DNA from: a virus | Taxonomy: Duplodnaviria > Caudoviricetes | IMG/VR virus record: IMGVR_UViG_3300021961_000108 | Location: 1 to 59,071 of that record | Direction: 5' to 3' (one strand) | DNA: 59,071 nt | Notes under the pieces: generated by a model | The model's database searches: none | What the model was told of the DNA's origin: nothing | What the model saw: only the letters and a program-made list of their open reading frames with translations | In this document: one piece after another, positions 16,553 through 26,900 of the stretch | Layout of the letters: each line of letters begins with the position of its first letter | Numbering within the stretch: position 1 is the first letter of the stretch | Position numbers and translations under genes: made by a program

Positions 16553-19500
16553 ATGCCAGTAAATGATCTTATACAATTAAGAAAAGGAACAGATGCGGTA
16601 TGGTCCGGCATTAATCCAGTATTATCTAGTGGTGAACCAGGATATGATAGTACCTATAATTTACTAAAAGTTGGAAATGGAACAAGCTCTTGGTTAGATT
16701 TAAATCCTGTTAATCTTAGCGGCACTTATTTTAATAATGCTGTTAGCGGACTTCTTCCAGTCAAAAACATAGTTGCAGGATCAGATATATCGGTTTCTAG
16801 TATTAGTGGTATTTATACCATTAGCAATACTATGACATCTGTTGAAACATCAGCTTCGGTTGTTACAACAGTATTTAATAAAACAGGGGCTAGTATTCCC
16901 AAAATGACTGCTGTTTATATAAATGGTGGTCAGGGTGATCTTCCTACTATACAAAAAGCTCTTGCTACTGCTGATATTAGTAGCGCTGGTACTTATGGAA
17001 TAACTTACGAAGCTATAGATAATATGAGCACAGGCAGAGTTATTGTGCTCGGCGCATTAACAGGATTAAATACTGATCAGTTTAACCCAACTGCTCCTCA
17101 AGGGGATGTTAATGGATCAGTTTTATATTTGAGTCCTACAATATCAGGAGCGTTAACAACAACTAAACCATATGCTCCTTATCATATTGTGGCTATAGGA
17201 ACTATTGTACGAACTCATCAAAACGAAGGAGTTATTGAGGTTAGAGTTCAAAATGGTTATGAGTTGGAAGAGCTTCATAATGTTGCTGTAACCGGGGCGA
17301 CTAATGGACAATTTTTACAGTATAATAGTGTTAGTGGATTGTGGGTTCCTAGCTCTAGTGGAAATTTTATCACATTGCAAGTTAATGGAACCGGTGTTAG
17401 CATTAGTGGTCATTCTCATTTAGCTAGTGATATTACTAATTTTAATGAGGCTGTTGATGACAGGGTTGGTGGCGGTTTAATGATTGAAGGCACTGGTGTT
17501 AATTTAACCTATAATGATACATCAGGCACATTAACTATAGATAATTTACATACTGAAATTAATATATTAAGTCAAGAGCCACAAGGATTTGTTGATAAAA
17601 ATGATAGTTTACTTAGTTTTAATGATAGTACCCGCACATTTACTATACAACCAGCTACATCTGGTGGATTTTATGATGTATATATTAAGGGAATAAAGGT
17701 TTCTAAAACTGGAGTTGAAACAGTTGTTATTAATACTGGAACCGCCTTAAACTATATTCATTTCTCCACCACTGAACCATATCAGTTACAAGCAAAGAAT
17801 ACATTTTTTGATTTTATAGATGATGTTCCAATAGCATATATTCACTGGAATAGTGATATAAACCAGAGTACATTTTTTGGGGAGGAACGCCATGGAATTA
17901 GAATGGATACTACTACTCATAAGTGGATCCATAATACATTCGGTATGCAATATGTTGAAGGATTAAGTATTGGTAATTATACATTACTTGGCAATGGAAG
18001 TTCTAATAGCCATGTGACATTTAATATTTCTGATGGAACTTTATATCAAGAAGATATTATAATAGATGTTATTAATGGCAGCGGAAACCAATCTTTCACC
18101 CAAATACTATCTCCAACTGGATATTTACCAGTTTATTATCATAGTGGAAATACAGGACAATGGGTAAAAGATACAGCCACAGCAATTCCATTAAAATATA
18201 ATGGTACTGGATCGTTATATAATCTATACAATCCTGGCCCGCCACCTAACTGGTCAACTGCAAATGTTGGGAATAATAAATTTTTTGCTATGTGGATTGT
18301 TGCTACTAATGATATTAATGATCCAGTATTTGCAATTATGGGTCAAAGAGTAGACGATAATTTGAGTAATGCAGAAAATAATAATAATTGGAGCGATATT
18401 GATCTAACAAATATTCCTGCTAATGAACTAAAAATATTATATAGATTAATTTTTAAATCAGAGACTTCTTTTACTAATACTCCAAAAGCTAGTTTACAAA
18501 CCGTATTAGATTTACGACTTGCTATAATCACAAATATTGCTGGAGTTACTCAGAATGATCACGGTAGTCTATTCGGATTAGGTGATGATGATCATACTCA
18601 ATATGTGCATATAGATACTGCTAGAACTATAAATGCTACTCATACTTTTCAAAATGGTATTACATTTGATGGTAATGGAACACAATATATAGCGTATATT
18701 CCTAGTGGTGTTAATATTACTGGAGGTAGTGGTAATTTTACTACACTACAAGTTAGTGGCACAGCGGTTCCAACAGGAACTGGCTCAGCCAACTATGTTA
18801 CAAAATGGACTGGAACTAATAGTTTAAATAATAGTATAATTTATGACAATGGAACAAATATTGGTATAGGAACAAGTTCTCCAACTTTTAAATTAGATGT
18901 TGTTGGTAGTGGAGCATTTACTGGAAATGTTTCAGTTAGTGGAAAAATTACTCATCCAGCTCTTACGGGAACAAATGATTTTATTATTTATAGTCAGGGC
19001 GAAGATACATTAATTAGTGCAAAAGCTGGAAATAATGTTCGTATTCGAGCTGGTGGCAATGATTCTAGCTATGAAACTATAATTTCATCTAGTTATATGT
19101 ATATTGGTGGTGATAGAATTAGACTGAATAGTGCCGAAACTATAATTAATGAATTTGGCAGTAATTATGATTTTAGAGTAGAAGGAGATAATGATCAAAA
19201 TCTACTCTTTTTAGATGCTAGTACTGATAGATTTGGAATAGGAACAAGTTCTCCTTCGTATAAACTTGATGTTGTTGGAACAGGAAATTTTAGTCAAAAT
19301 CTTTTGGTGAATGGCACCGGGGTTAGTTTAAGTGGCCATACTCACTCTAGTAGTCAAATAACTGATTTTAATAGTAGCGTGAGTGGATTATTACCAGTTA
19401 AAAATATAATTGCTGGAACAGGCATTAGTATATCTTCTGATAATGGAAATTATACAATAAATAGCACATCATCTGGCGGAGCAGTATCAGCAGAAGATGT

Positions 19501-20428
19501 TATGGATATAATAGGCACAGGAATAGTTGCCGGAACAGGACTTAGTGTTTCTTATAATGATAATGATGGAAACTTAACAATAAATTTATATGCGGTTGCC
19601 ATTACTGGATATGAGATATTAACAACAGCTAAAGATACTTTTACTGTTACTCCAAATTATTTAGTTGGTAATCTACAAGTATATTACAATGGATTTAAAT
19701 TACTGGATGGTGAAGACTATACTGCTACAAATGGAACATCTTTCTTATTAAGTTCTCCAGGAGCTTCTGGAGATGTTGTAGAGTGGGCTGGTTTAGGAGG
19801 TCCCGCACAATATGCTCAACTAAATCATACTCATACCATATCTGACATTACTAATTTTGGTAGTGGAGTTACTGGATTATTACCCACAATAGCTAATAGT
19901 GGAAATAATAGAGTTTTAACAAGTACGGGAAGTAGTACTGGAATTAATGCTGAAAGTAATTTTACGTTTGATGGAACCTCATTATCTCATCATGCTGGTA
20001 ATTTTGCTAATGCTGGAGATGCCCAACATACTATATTAGTTGCTAGACGAACTACTACTGATTCGACAGCAGATGTTGTATTAACATTAGATGGAAATAC
20101 TCCCGGAGCTTCTAATAGACCGACCATACCTGCTCAAAGCGTTTGGACATTTAGCTTAAAATTAAGTGCTTATAATGATACTGATAGTCTTGGAGCATGG
20201 TGGATAATTAGAGGAGGAATACGACGAAATGGAGCAAATGGAACAGCATTAGTAGGCAGTTTGGTTGTGGAAAATGATAGTGAAGGAGCTATGAGTGGAA
20301 CTAGTGCTACTGTTGTGGCTGATGATACTAATGAAGCATTAGAAATTAGAGTAACTGGATTAAGTAGCAAAAATATACGTTGGGTAGGGGTATTAGATAT
20401 TAGTCAAGTTAGTTATGGAACCCCATAA
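16553..20428 (+). CDS. Long tail fibre-like protein, 1291 aa
   Basis: Same N-terminal domain (IQLRKGT..NPVL..GEPGYD..LKVGNG); GIGTSSP and HxHxxSxITxF fibre repeats. Confidence 0.8.
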   Translation: MPVNDLIQLRKGTDAVWSGINPVLSSGEPGYDSTYNLLKVGNGTSSWLDLNPVNLSGTYFNNAVSGLLPVKNIVAGSDISVSSISGIYTISNTMTSVETSASVVTTVFNKTGASIPKMTAVYINGGQGDLPTIQKALATADISSAGTYGITYEAIDNMSTGRVIVLGALTGLNTDQFNPTAPQGDVNGSVLYLSPTISGALTTTKPYAPYHIVAIGTIVRTHQNEGVIEVRVQNGYELEELHNVAVTGATNGQFLQYNSVSGLWVPSSSGNFITLQVNGTGVSISGHSHLASDITNFNEAVDDRVGGGLMIEGTGVNLTYNDTSGTLTIDNLHTEINILSQEPQGFVDKNDSLLSFNDSTRTFTIQPATSGGFYDVYIKGIKVSKTGVETVVINTGTALNYIHFSTTEPYQLQAKNTFFDFIDDVPIAYIHWNSDINQSTFFGEERHGIRMDTTTHKWIHNTFGMQYVEGLSIGNYTLLGNGSSNSHVTFNISDGTLYQEDIIIDVINGSGNQSFTQILSPTGYLPVYYHSGNTGQWVKDTATAIPLKYNGTGSLYNLYNPGPPPNWSTANVGNNKFFAMWIVATNDINDPVFAIMGQRVDDNLSNAENNNNWSDIDLTNIPANELKILYRLIFKSETSFTNTPKASLQTVLDLRLAIITNIAGVTQNDHGSLFGLGDDDHTQYVHIDTARTINATHTFQNGITFDGNGTQYIAYIPSGVNITGGSGNFTTLQVSGTAVPTGTGSANYVTKWTGTNSLNNSIIYDNGTNIGIGTSSPTFKLDVVGSGAFTGNVSVSGKITHPALTGTNDFIIYSQGEDTLISAKAGNNVRIRAGGNDSSYETIISSSYMYIGGDRIRLNSAETIINEFGSNYDFRVEGDNDQNLLFLDASTDRFGIGTSSPSYKLDVVGTGNFSQNLLVNGTGVSLSGHTHSSSQITDFNSSVSGLLPVKNIIAGTGISISSDNGNYTINSTSSGGAVSAEDVMDIIGTGIVAGTGLSVSYNDNDGNLTINLYAVAITGYEILTTAKDTFTVTPNYLVGNLQVYYNGFKLLDGEDYTATNGTSFLLSSPGASGDVVEWAGLGGPAQYAQLNHTHTISDITNFGSGVTGLLPTIANSGNNRVLTSTGSSTGINAESNFTFDGTSLSHHAGNFANAGDAQHTILVARRTTTDSTADVVLTLDGNTPGASNRPTIPAQSVWTFSLKLSAYNDTDSLGAWWIIRGGIRRNGANGTALVGSLVVENDSEGAMSGTSATVVADDTNEALEIRVTGLSSKNIRWVGVLDISQVSYGTP

Positions 20429-20439
20429 AAGGTTAAATT

Positions 20440-23400
20440 ATGGCTATTAATTATCATAATCACAACATTAATACTAGCGGAACTATAACATCTCCTAGTG
20501 GAAATTTTACTACTCTTATTGTTAATGGAACTAGCGTTAGTAATTTTAATAGTAGTGTTAGTGGTTTACTACCAACAATAGCTAATAGTGGTGATAATAG
20601 AATACTTACTAGCACTGGAAGCTCTGTTGGAATTAATGCTGAAAGTAATTTAACTTTTGATGGTACTAACCTTAATCTTAATAATCAAACTGCTAGTACA
20701 ATTGCTAGTTTTGATTCTAGTAAAAATTTAGTATCTTTAGCAACTGCTACCTATCCTTCACTTACTGAATTAAGTTATGTTAAAGGCGTTACTAGTGCTA
20801 TTCAAACTCAGATTGACACTAAAGCAGCAACTAGTACCACAATTACTGCTGGCAGTGGATTAGCGGGTGGCGGTAGTTTAGCAGCAAATAGAACGATTGA
20901 TATTGGTCAGGGCGATGGTATAACTGTTAGTGCTGATAGTATAGCTGTTGATAGTACTGTTATACGAACAACTGGCGTTCAAACTATGAGTGGAGCTAAA
21001 ACTTTTAGCACCCAAACAGTTTTCTCCTCTGGAACAGCAGCAGCACCGGGAATTAGTATACTTGGAGATACTGATACTGGATTATGTCAGATTAGTTCTG
21101 TTGGTACAAATTCATTATCAATAAGTACTAGCGGTGTTGAAAGAGTAAGATTTGCTTCTAATGGCGACGTACAAATTAATACTGGTCGCACAATATCTGG
21201 AGGAACTGGTGGAGCGTTATTTGGTAATAATGGAATAAATAATGATTTTATTAGCACTGGTAGAGCAGCAGCGTTATCTGCTGGATGGGCCACACTAAGA
21301 GTTAACCAAGTTGCTGCTTATGTTGGATTAAGATTAGTTGGAGATACTTCTCAAACAGCATCGTATATGGAAGTGGAAAATTCATCTGGAACTAATTTAT
21401 TTACTATTAATAGTGCTGGAAGTGTTGGAATAGGAACTTCCTCTCCTACACAGAGTCTTCAAGTTCATGGATCGTCAGGTGATGATGTTTATCTAAGAAT
21501 ATCAAATATAGATACTACTACTGCTAGTGGTTTATTGATTGGATTAATGGGAACAGAAGATGCTGTTATAAGAGTTGAACCAAATAAAGCATTAACTTTT
21601 GGAACTAATAATACTGAAAGAATGAGAATAACTAGTGCTGGAGACGTTGGAATAGGAACTTCTGATCCTTTGAGAAGATTAACTATCACTGGCGGTGGAT
21701 TTGCTTTTGTTGAAAGCGGAGGGGCCAGTAGATCTATACATTGGGGTAATACTGATAATACTTTTCCGGTCACAATAGGTGGAGTTGCTACTAGTGGAAA
21801 TTGTTATTTGAATTTTAATACTAATACATTTGGAAATGCTGCTACTGAAAGAATGAGAATTGATAGTGCTGGTAGAGTTGGCATAGGTGTAACACCAGCA
21901 ACAGCGGGATCATCAGCACTACAGGTGCGCGGCGATCTTGACATATTTGGCAACGCCTCTGACCGCAGCATCACATACAACGTCGGTGTAGGCGACGACG
22001 GCATCACCGGGTGGTATAGAGGTAAAATTGCATTTATTCCTAGTTCAGCGACTAATAAGATTAGTACTCATATTGCATTCTTTAATAAGGACGGAGATAA
22101 TGGCGGCTCTACACTTACTGAAAGAATGAGAATAACTAGCGATGGTAGTGTTGGAATAGGAACAACTTCTGTTAGTAGTGGTTTTAAAGTAGACATTAGA
22201 GGACGAGTTTTATCATATACTACAGCTAGTGATGGTTTAATAACAGCTCAAGGTCTGCAAACGGAAAGTGCTGGCACTGGCAAGGCAGCTATCCAAATTG
22301 ACGTTAATGGTAAGGGTGGATTTGCTTGGCAGAATGATGCTAGTAGTGGCACAAGATCATTAAAACTAATAGAAAATGCTGGATATGGAGCTAGTGAAAG
22401 TACGCTACTAACTATACAAAGTGGAGGCAATATTGGATTAGGAGCATCACCAGTTAATGACTATAAATTATTTGCTAATGGAGGAATACGAGCAGATTCT
22501 TCTTCCGCATCATTTCCAGCAATATTAACATTAAAATCTTTTACTAATACTGGTTTTGGGGCTGGCTTAGTACCAACTGTTTATTCATATACAACAACCA
22601 ATGGATCTTATTCAATTACTAATTTTGAAGGTAATATATATCATAAAATTGATTCTGGAAGAAGCAATAGCGCTAGCGCTATTTCAATTACTAATAATAA
22701 TTTACGTAATTACGGATTAACTAATGACGCTGGATCATTAGGTGCATTATTTGGAATTTATAATCAATACGGACATTATAATACTTCCGCTGTTTCTCCA
22801 ACAACTACTACTGTTATTGGCATACAAAATATGCTATGGAGAGCTACTGGAACAATAACTAATGCTTTTGATATTTATTGTCAAGATGTTTCCAGTGGGG
22901 CAACAGTAACAAATAGATGGGGTATTTATGTAGAACATACTGGTAAAAACTATTTTGCTGGTAATACTGGTATTGGTGTATCTCCAACGTATCGTTTCGA
23001 AGTAAGAGGAGTAGGAGCTACTAGTTCAACAGTTTCTTTTTATATATCAAATAGTAGCGCAACAGCACTTCTTTATACAAGAGATGATGGAGCAATAAAT
23101 ACAGGAACAGCAGCAGTATCTCCATATAATAACGTAACAGCAACTGCCGCTAATATGGTTGTTAGTAGTGATGGATTTTTATATAGATCAACATCATCAT
23201 TAAGATATAAAACACAAATTAATGATGCCACTCATGGATTAAATGAGGTACTAAAATTAAGAAGTGTCACATTTAAAAGTCAAAATGATGGAAATCAAAT
23301 ATTCGGTGGCTTAATCGCTGAAGAAGTAGATAGTGCTGGTTTAACAGAATTTGTACAATATGACAACGAAAACAGACCAGATGCTATACATTATAGTAAC

Positions 23401-23490
23401 ATGGTTGCTTTATTAATTAAGGCCATACAAGAACAACAGACTCAAATTAATGAACTTAAAAATAGACTATCGGCTTTAGAAGGAGAATAA
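20440..23490 (+). CDS. Tail fibre with C-terminal peptidase S74-type intramolecular chaperone
   Basis: TERMRI.S.G.VGIG repeats; SSLRYK...GLIAEEV...LIKAIQEQ coiled-coil end. Confidence 0.88.
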   Translation: MAINYHNHNINTSGTITSPSGNFTTLIVNGTSVSNFNSSVSGLLPTIANSGDNRILTSTGSSVGINAESNLTFDGTNLNLNNQTASTIASFDSSKNLVSLATATYPSLTELSYVKGVTSAIQTQIDTKAATSTTITAGSGLAGGGSLAANRTIDIGQGDGITVSADSIAVDSTVIRTTGVQTMSGAKTFSTQTVFSSGTAAAPGISILGDTDTGLCQISSVGTNSLSISTSGVERVRFASNGDVQINTGRTISGGTGGALFGNNGINNDFISTGRAAALSAGWATLRVNQVAAYVGLRLVGDTSQTASYMEVENSSGTNLFTINSAGSVGIGTSSPTQSLQVHGSSGDDVYLRISNIDTTTASGLLIGLMGTEDAVIRVEPNKALTFGTNNTERMRITSAGDVGIGTSDPLRRLTITGGGFAFVESGGASRSIHWGNTDNTFPVTIGGVATSGNCYLNFNTNTFGNAATERMRIDSAGRVGIGVTPATAGSSALQVRGDLDIFGNASDRSITYNVGVGDDGITGWYRGKIAFIPSSATNKISTHIAFFNKDGDNGGSTLTERMRITSDGSVGIGTTSVSSGFKVDIRGRVLSYTTASDGLITAQGLQTESAGTGKAAIQIDVNGKGGFAWQNDASSGTRSLKLIENAGYGASESTLLTIQSGGNIGLGASPVNDYKLFANGGIRADSSSASFPAILTLKSFTNTGFGAGLVPTVYSYTTTNGSYSITNFEGNIYHKIDSGRSNSASAISITNNNLRNYGLTNDAGSLGALFGIYNQYGHYNTSAVSPTTTTVIGIQNMLWRATGTITNAFDIYCQDVSSGATVTNRWGIYVEHTGKNYFAGNTGIGVSPTYRFEVRGVGATSSTVSFYISNSSATALLYTRDDGAINTGTAAVSPYNNVTATAANMVVSSDGFLYRSTSSLRYKTQINDATHGLNEVLKLRSVTFKSQNDGNQIFGGLIAEEVDSAGLTEFVQYDNENRPDAIHYSNMVALLIKAIQEQQTQINELKNRLSALEGE

Positions 23491-23491
23491 A

Positions 23492-23815
23492 ATGCTACCA
23501 CACATAGAACCAGTAGAAATATCTGTAATACCAGCAAAAACATATGATAGATATTGGGTGGAAGAGGTAAATATTTCTGCACCTAATGTTAATGGAGATG
23601 CTGTAGCAAGGGTTAAACTAAGAAAATTTGGAGTATTTGATGGTGTTGCAGAATTTATGCCAAGCGATCCGGGTACTAATATCATTATTGATAATATTTT
23701 AAGTAAGAGTGCCGAAGATAATGACCTTGCAAATATAGTACAATCATTACTATTATATATAAGGAAGGCCGGAATAGAACAGGGGCTAGTTGCTCCTCCA
23801 CCTTCTGAGGTTTAA
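23492..23815 (+). CDS. Hypothetical protein, possible fibre accessory
   Basis: AAGGAG SD; directly follows the S74 fibre gene. Confidence 0.65.
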   Translation: MLPHIEPVEISVIPAKTYDRYWVEEVNISAPNVNGDAVARVKLRKFGVFDGVAEFMPSDPGTNIIIDNILSKSAEDNDLANIVQSLLLYIRKAGIEQGLVAPPPSEV

Positions 23816-23828
23816 TTAGGAGAAAATC

Positions 23829-23996
23829 ATGGAATTAAATGCTGGTGATATTCAAAATCTAATGGTAATTATTGATCTCGCTACTCAACGAGGCGTTTTT
23901 AAGGCTGGTGATCTTGTTGCTATTGGTCAATTATATGAAAAACTAAATGCTATAAACAAAACTTTATCCGAAAAAGATAAACCTGATATGGGGTGA
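23829..23996 (+). CDS. Small helical phage protein, 55 aa
   Basis: Not in ORF track. AGGAG SD; MELNAGDIQNLMVIIDLATQRGVFKAGDLVAIGQLYEKLNAINKTLSEKDKPDMG*; fills the gap exactly. Confidence 0.8.
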   Translation: MELNAGDIQNLMVIIDLATQRGVFKAGDLVAIGQLYEKLNAINKTLSEKDKPDMG

Positions 23997-23998
23997 TT

Positions 23999-26900
23999 AT
24001 GGTAAAGATATTAAATTATGCTAAAAATATTAATAGAAACGTTAATGACAATCTATTAATTAATGGTAATTTTGACATATGGCAAAGAGGTACTCCTTTT
24101 TATGCTGGGGGTTTCACAGCAGATCGTTGGTATTTGGTTTCTAACGGAGCAAATAAAGCATCAAGAATAGCCGGTAATATTGGATTAGATAATGCTACAA
24201 ATCATATACGATTAACAACACTATCTTCAGGATCGTATCCAGTATTATCTCAAGCAGTAGATAGTGATATTACATCGGGATTAAGGGGCAAACCGGCCAT
24301 TTTTAGTTTTTATGCTAAAAAACCCAGCGAAAGCAATTGGACAGGATTAGTATATGGTAAAGTTTATTATAGTACTAATTTTGATTCTTTAGTTAATGGT
24401 AAAACAGAAATCATCGACTCAGCATTTAGTGGAACATTATTAACAGACTCTTGGACACTTTATAGCAAATCTTTTACCGTACCAAATAATGCATCAACAC
24501 TAATGGTTGAGATATCTCCTTCTGGAGCTTTGAATAATACTTCTATAATTGATATAGGACGCGCTAAATTAGAACTTGGGTCTGTTGTTACTAGTTTTAA
24601 ACCAGTAATATGTAATGAAGAATTAACCAGATGCAAAAAGTTTTATCAAAAAGTTGAAGCAAAATTAAAAGCTGGTACAGGAGCTGGAAATAGTACCAAA
24701 AAATTTGGAGTTAGTACTCCTTTGCCAGTTACACCACGGTCTAATACGGCTAAAATTACTGTAGCTCAAAATAGTAATAATTTAATAGAAAGCTTTACAG
24801 CATCTATTAGTAATGATTCTTATCTTAATGTTTTTGCAGAATCTAAGCAACCACATTCTGAATTAAGTTTAGAATTTTATATTGATAGTGAAATTCCATA
24901 TATTACAGTACCAGGAGTTATTAATGGTGCTAGTTTTATTAGAGGTAGTGGGAAAATAGATATTGATTGGAATCCACCAACAAATACTGATACTACTATT
25001 TCTTACACAACATTATATGGATCTAATCCTAGTGATCTTATTAATATACAATCGTTTAGTGATTCTACTGGAACTATTACGGGATTAATTGATAGTAGTC
25101 CTTATTATTTTAAATTGTATTCTACTAATTCTGCTGGAGATTCCCTATTATCAAATTTATTTGAAGTTGCTCCAGCATATACTGTTCCGTCGGGCATTTC
25201 ATCTTTAACTGGTATATGGGGTTTTGACCAAACTATAGTTAATTGGAATCCACCAACAAATAATGGAGGGTCGCCAATAACAGGATACCGTATTGATAGA
25301 TCAATGTACTCTAATTTTCCAGATACTTCTACAACTCCACTTTATAATAGCACTTTTTATTCTCCAGTACCACTAACAACATCTCAAACAACAACTAGTC
25401 AAGGATTATCTTTATACTATAATGGTACAAAATTACAATTTAATATAGCTAAATTTAGTAATGAATTAACATCAACTGGAAATTATTATTTTAGAGTTAC
25501 TCCTATTAACCTAGCCGGAACAGGAACTCCATCATCATTCACATTAGTTAAAACCACACCAAGTGCGCCGATTAACCTCTCATCTTCTGTTGGAGATGCT
25601 TCTGTAACATTATCCTATTTACCTCCTACTGGTAATGGTGGTAATACTATTTCACTAGTTAATTTAGAGCGTAGTACAACAGGAACTTTTACCAGTAATA
25701 CAACATCATCAATTTATGCTGCCAACTATCAGTCAATTACGGTTACGGGATTAACTAATAATACAACATATTATTTTAGAATGAGAGCCTATAACGAATT
25801 AGGTTATGGAACTTATTCATCTGGCATCTTAGCAGTTCCTAACAAACCAGTGACTGTCCCTAATCCACCATCAGGATTTAATGCTGGTTGGGTAGATGAT
25901 GATACCGTTAGTCTATCATGGAATCCACCATCAGATAATGGAGGATCTCCGATCATCAATTATACTATCTATGCTTCTTCGGGTTCGGGGTTCACTAGTA
26001 ATCTTCTCACGCTTACAACCCAAAATAGTATTAGTAGTATAACTTTTGATGTTCCAATAACAGGAAATTATAATACATTCTATTTTAGAGGAAAAGCTAA
26101 TAATAGTGTTGGATCTAGTAATAATAGTTCATCAATATCTCTTAACAAACAAGCTCCCGAATTTATTACTATACATACTTTAAATCCCGGTGATGCAACA
26201 GTAAATGCGGGATGGTTTAAACCAATATCTAAGGGATCAGCAATAACGGGATACAATTTACAATATAGTACAGATTCTACTTTTAATACTAACGTTACTA
26301 ATATTTTTACAACAGGACTCCAATACACTGTAACATCATTAACAAATAATACTCAATATATTTTTAGAGCACGAGCTATTAATAGCGTAGGTACAGGATC
26401 GTTCTCTGTAGCGTTCGCAACAACACCAGTTTCCCCATATTCTGCTCCAACGGCACCTAGTAATACATTAATAACTATATTACAAGTTCCAGCTAGTAAT
26501 AACTTTAATATGTTGCCAGTTAATTTATCTACTCTTAATAATACTTCTGTTAACTATAATACAATGTATGGAGTTTCTATTACAACTCCATTTACTGGTG
26601 GACTTATTTGGGGTGTTAATCCTTATATTAGACAGAGCGATACAAGAACATCAGTCGTTCATGCGGGGGCATTGGGCGCAGCACAAACAGGTACCGCATA
26701 TATTTTTGTTACAGATGGATTATCCCAATATTATCCAGTAACCAGAAATGGTATAACTTCATTATTAGCTGGCTCATTTCCTCTTTCATACGAAATAGTT
26801 GGATCTAATGTTGGTGCAACTTGTAGTAATTTTACATTTGGTACAGCTACTGGGGTTTCTACAAATGGCTATGTGCCGCGGATCTCCTGGAATCCACCAA

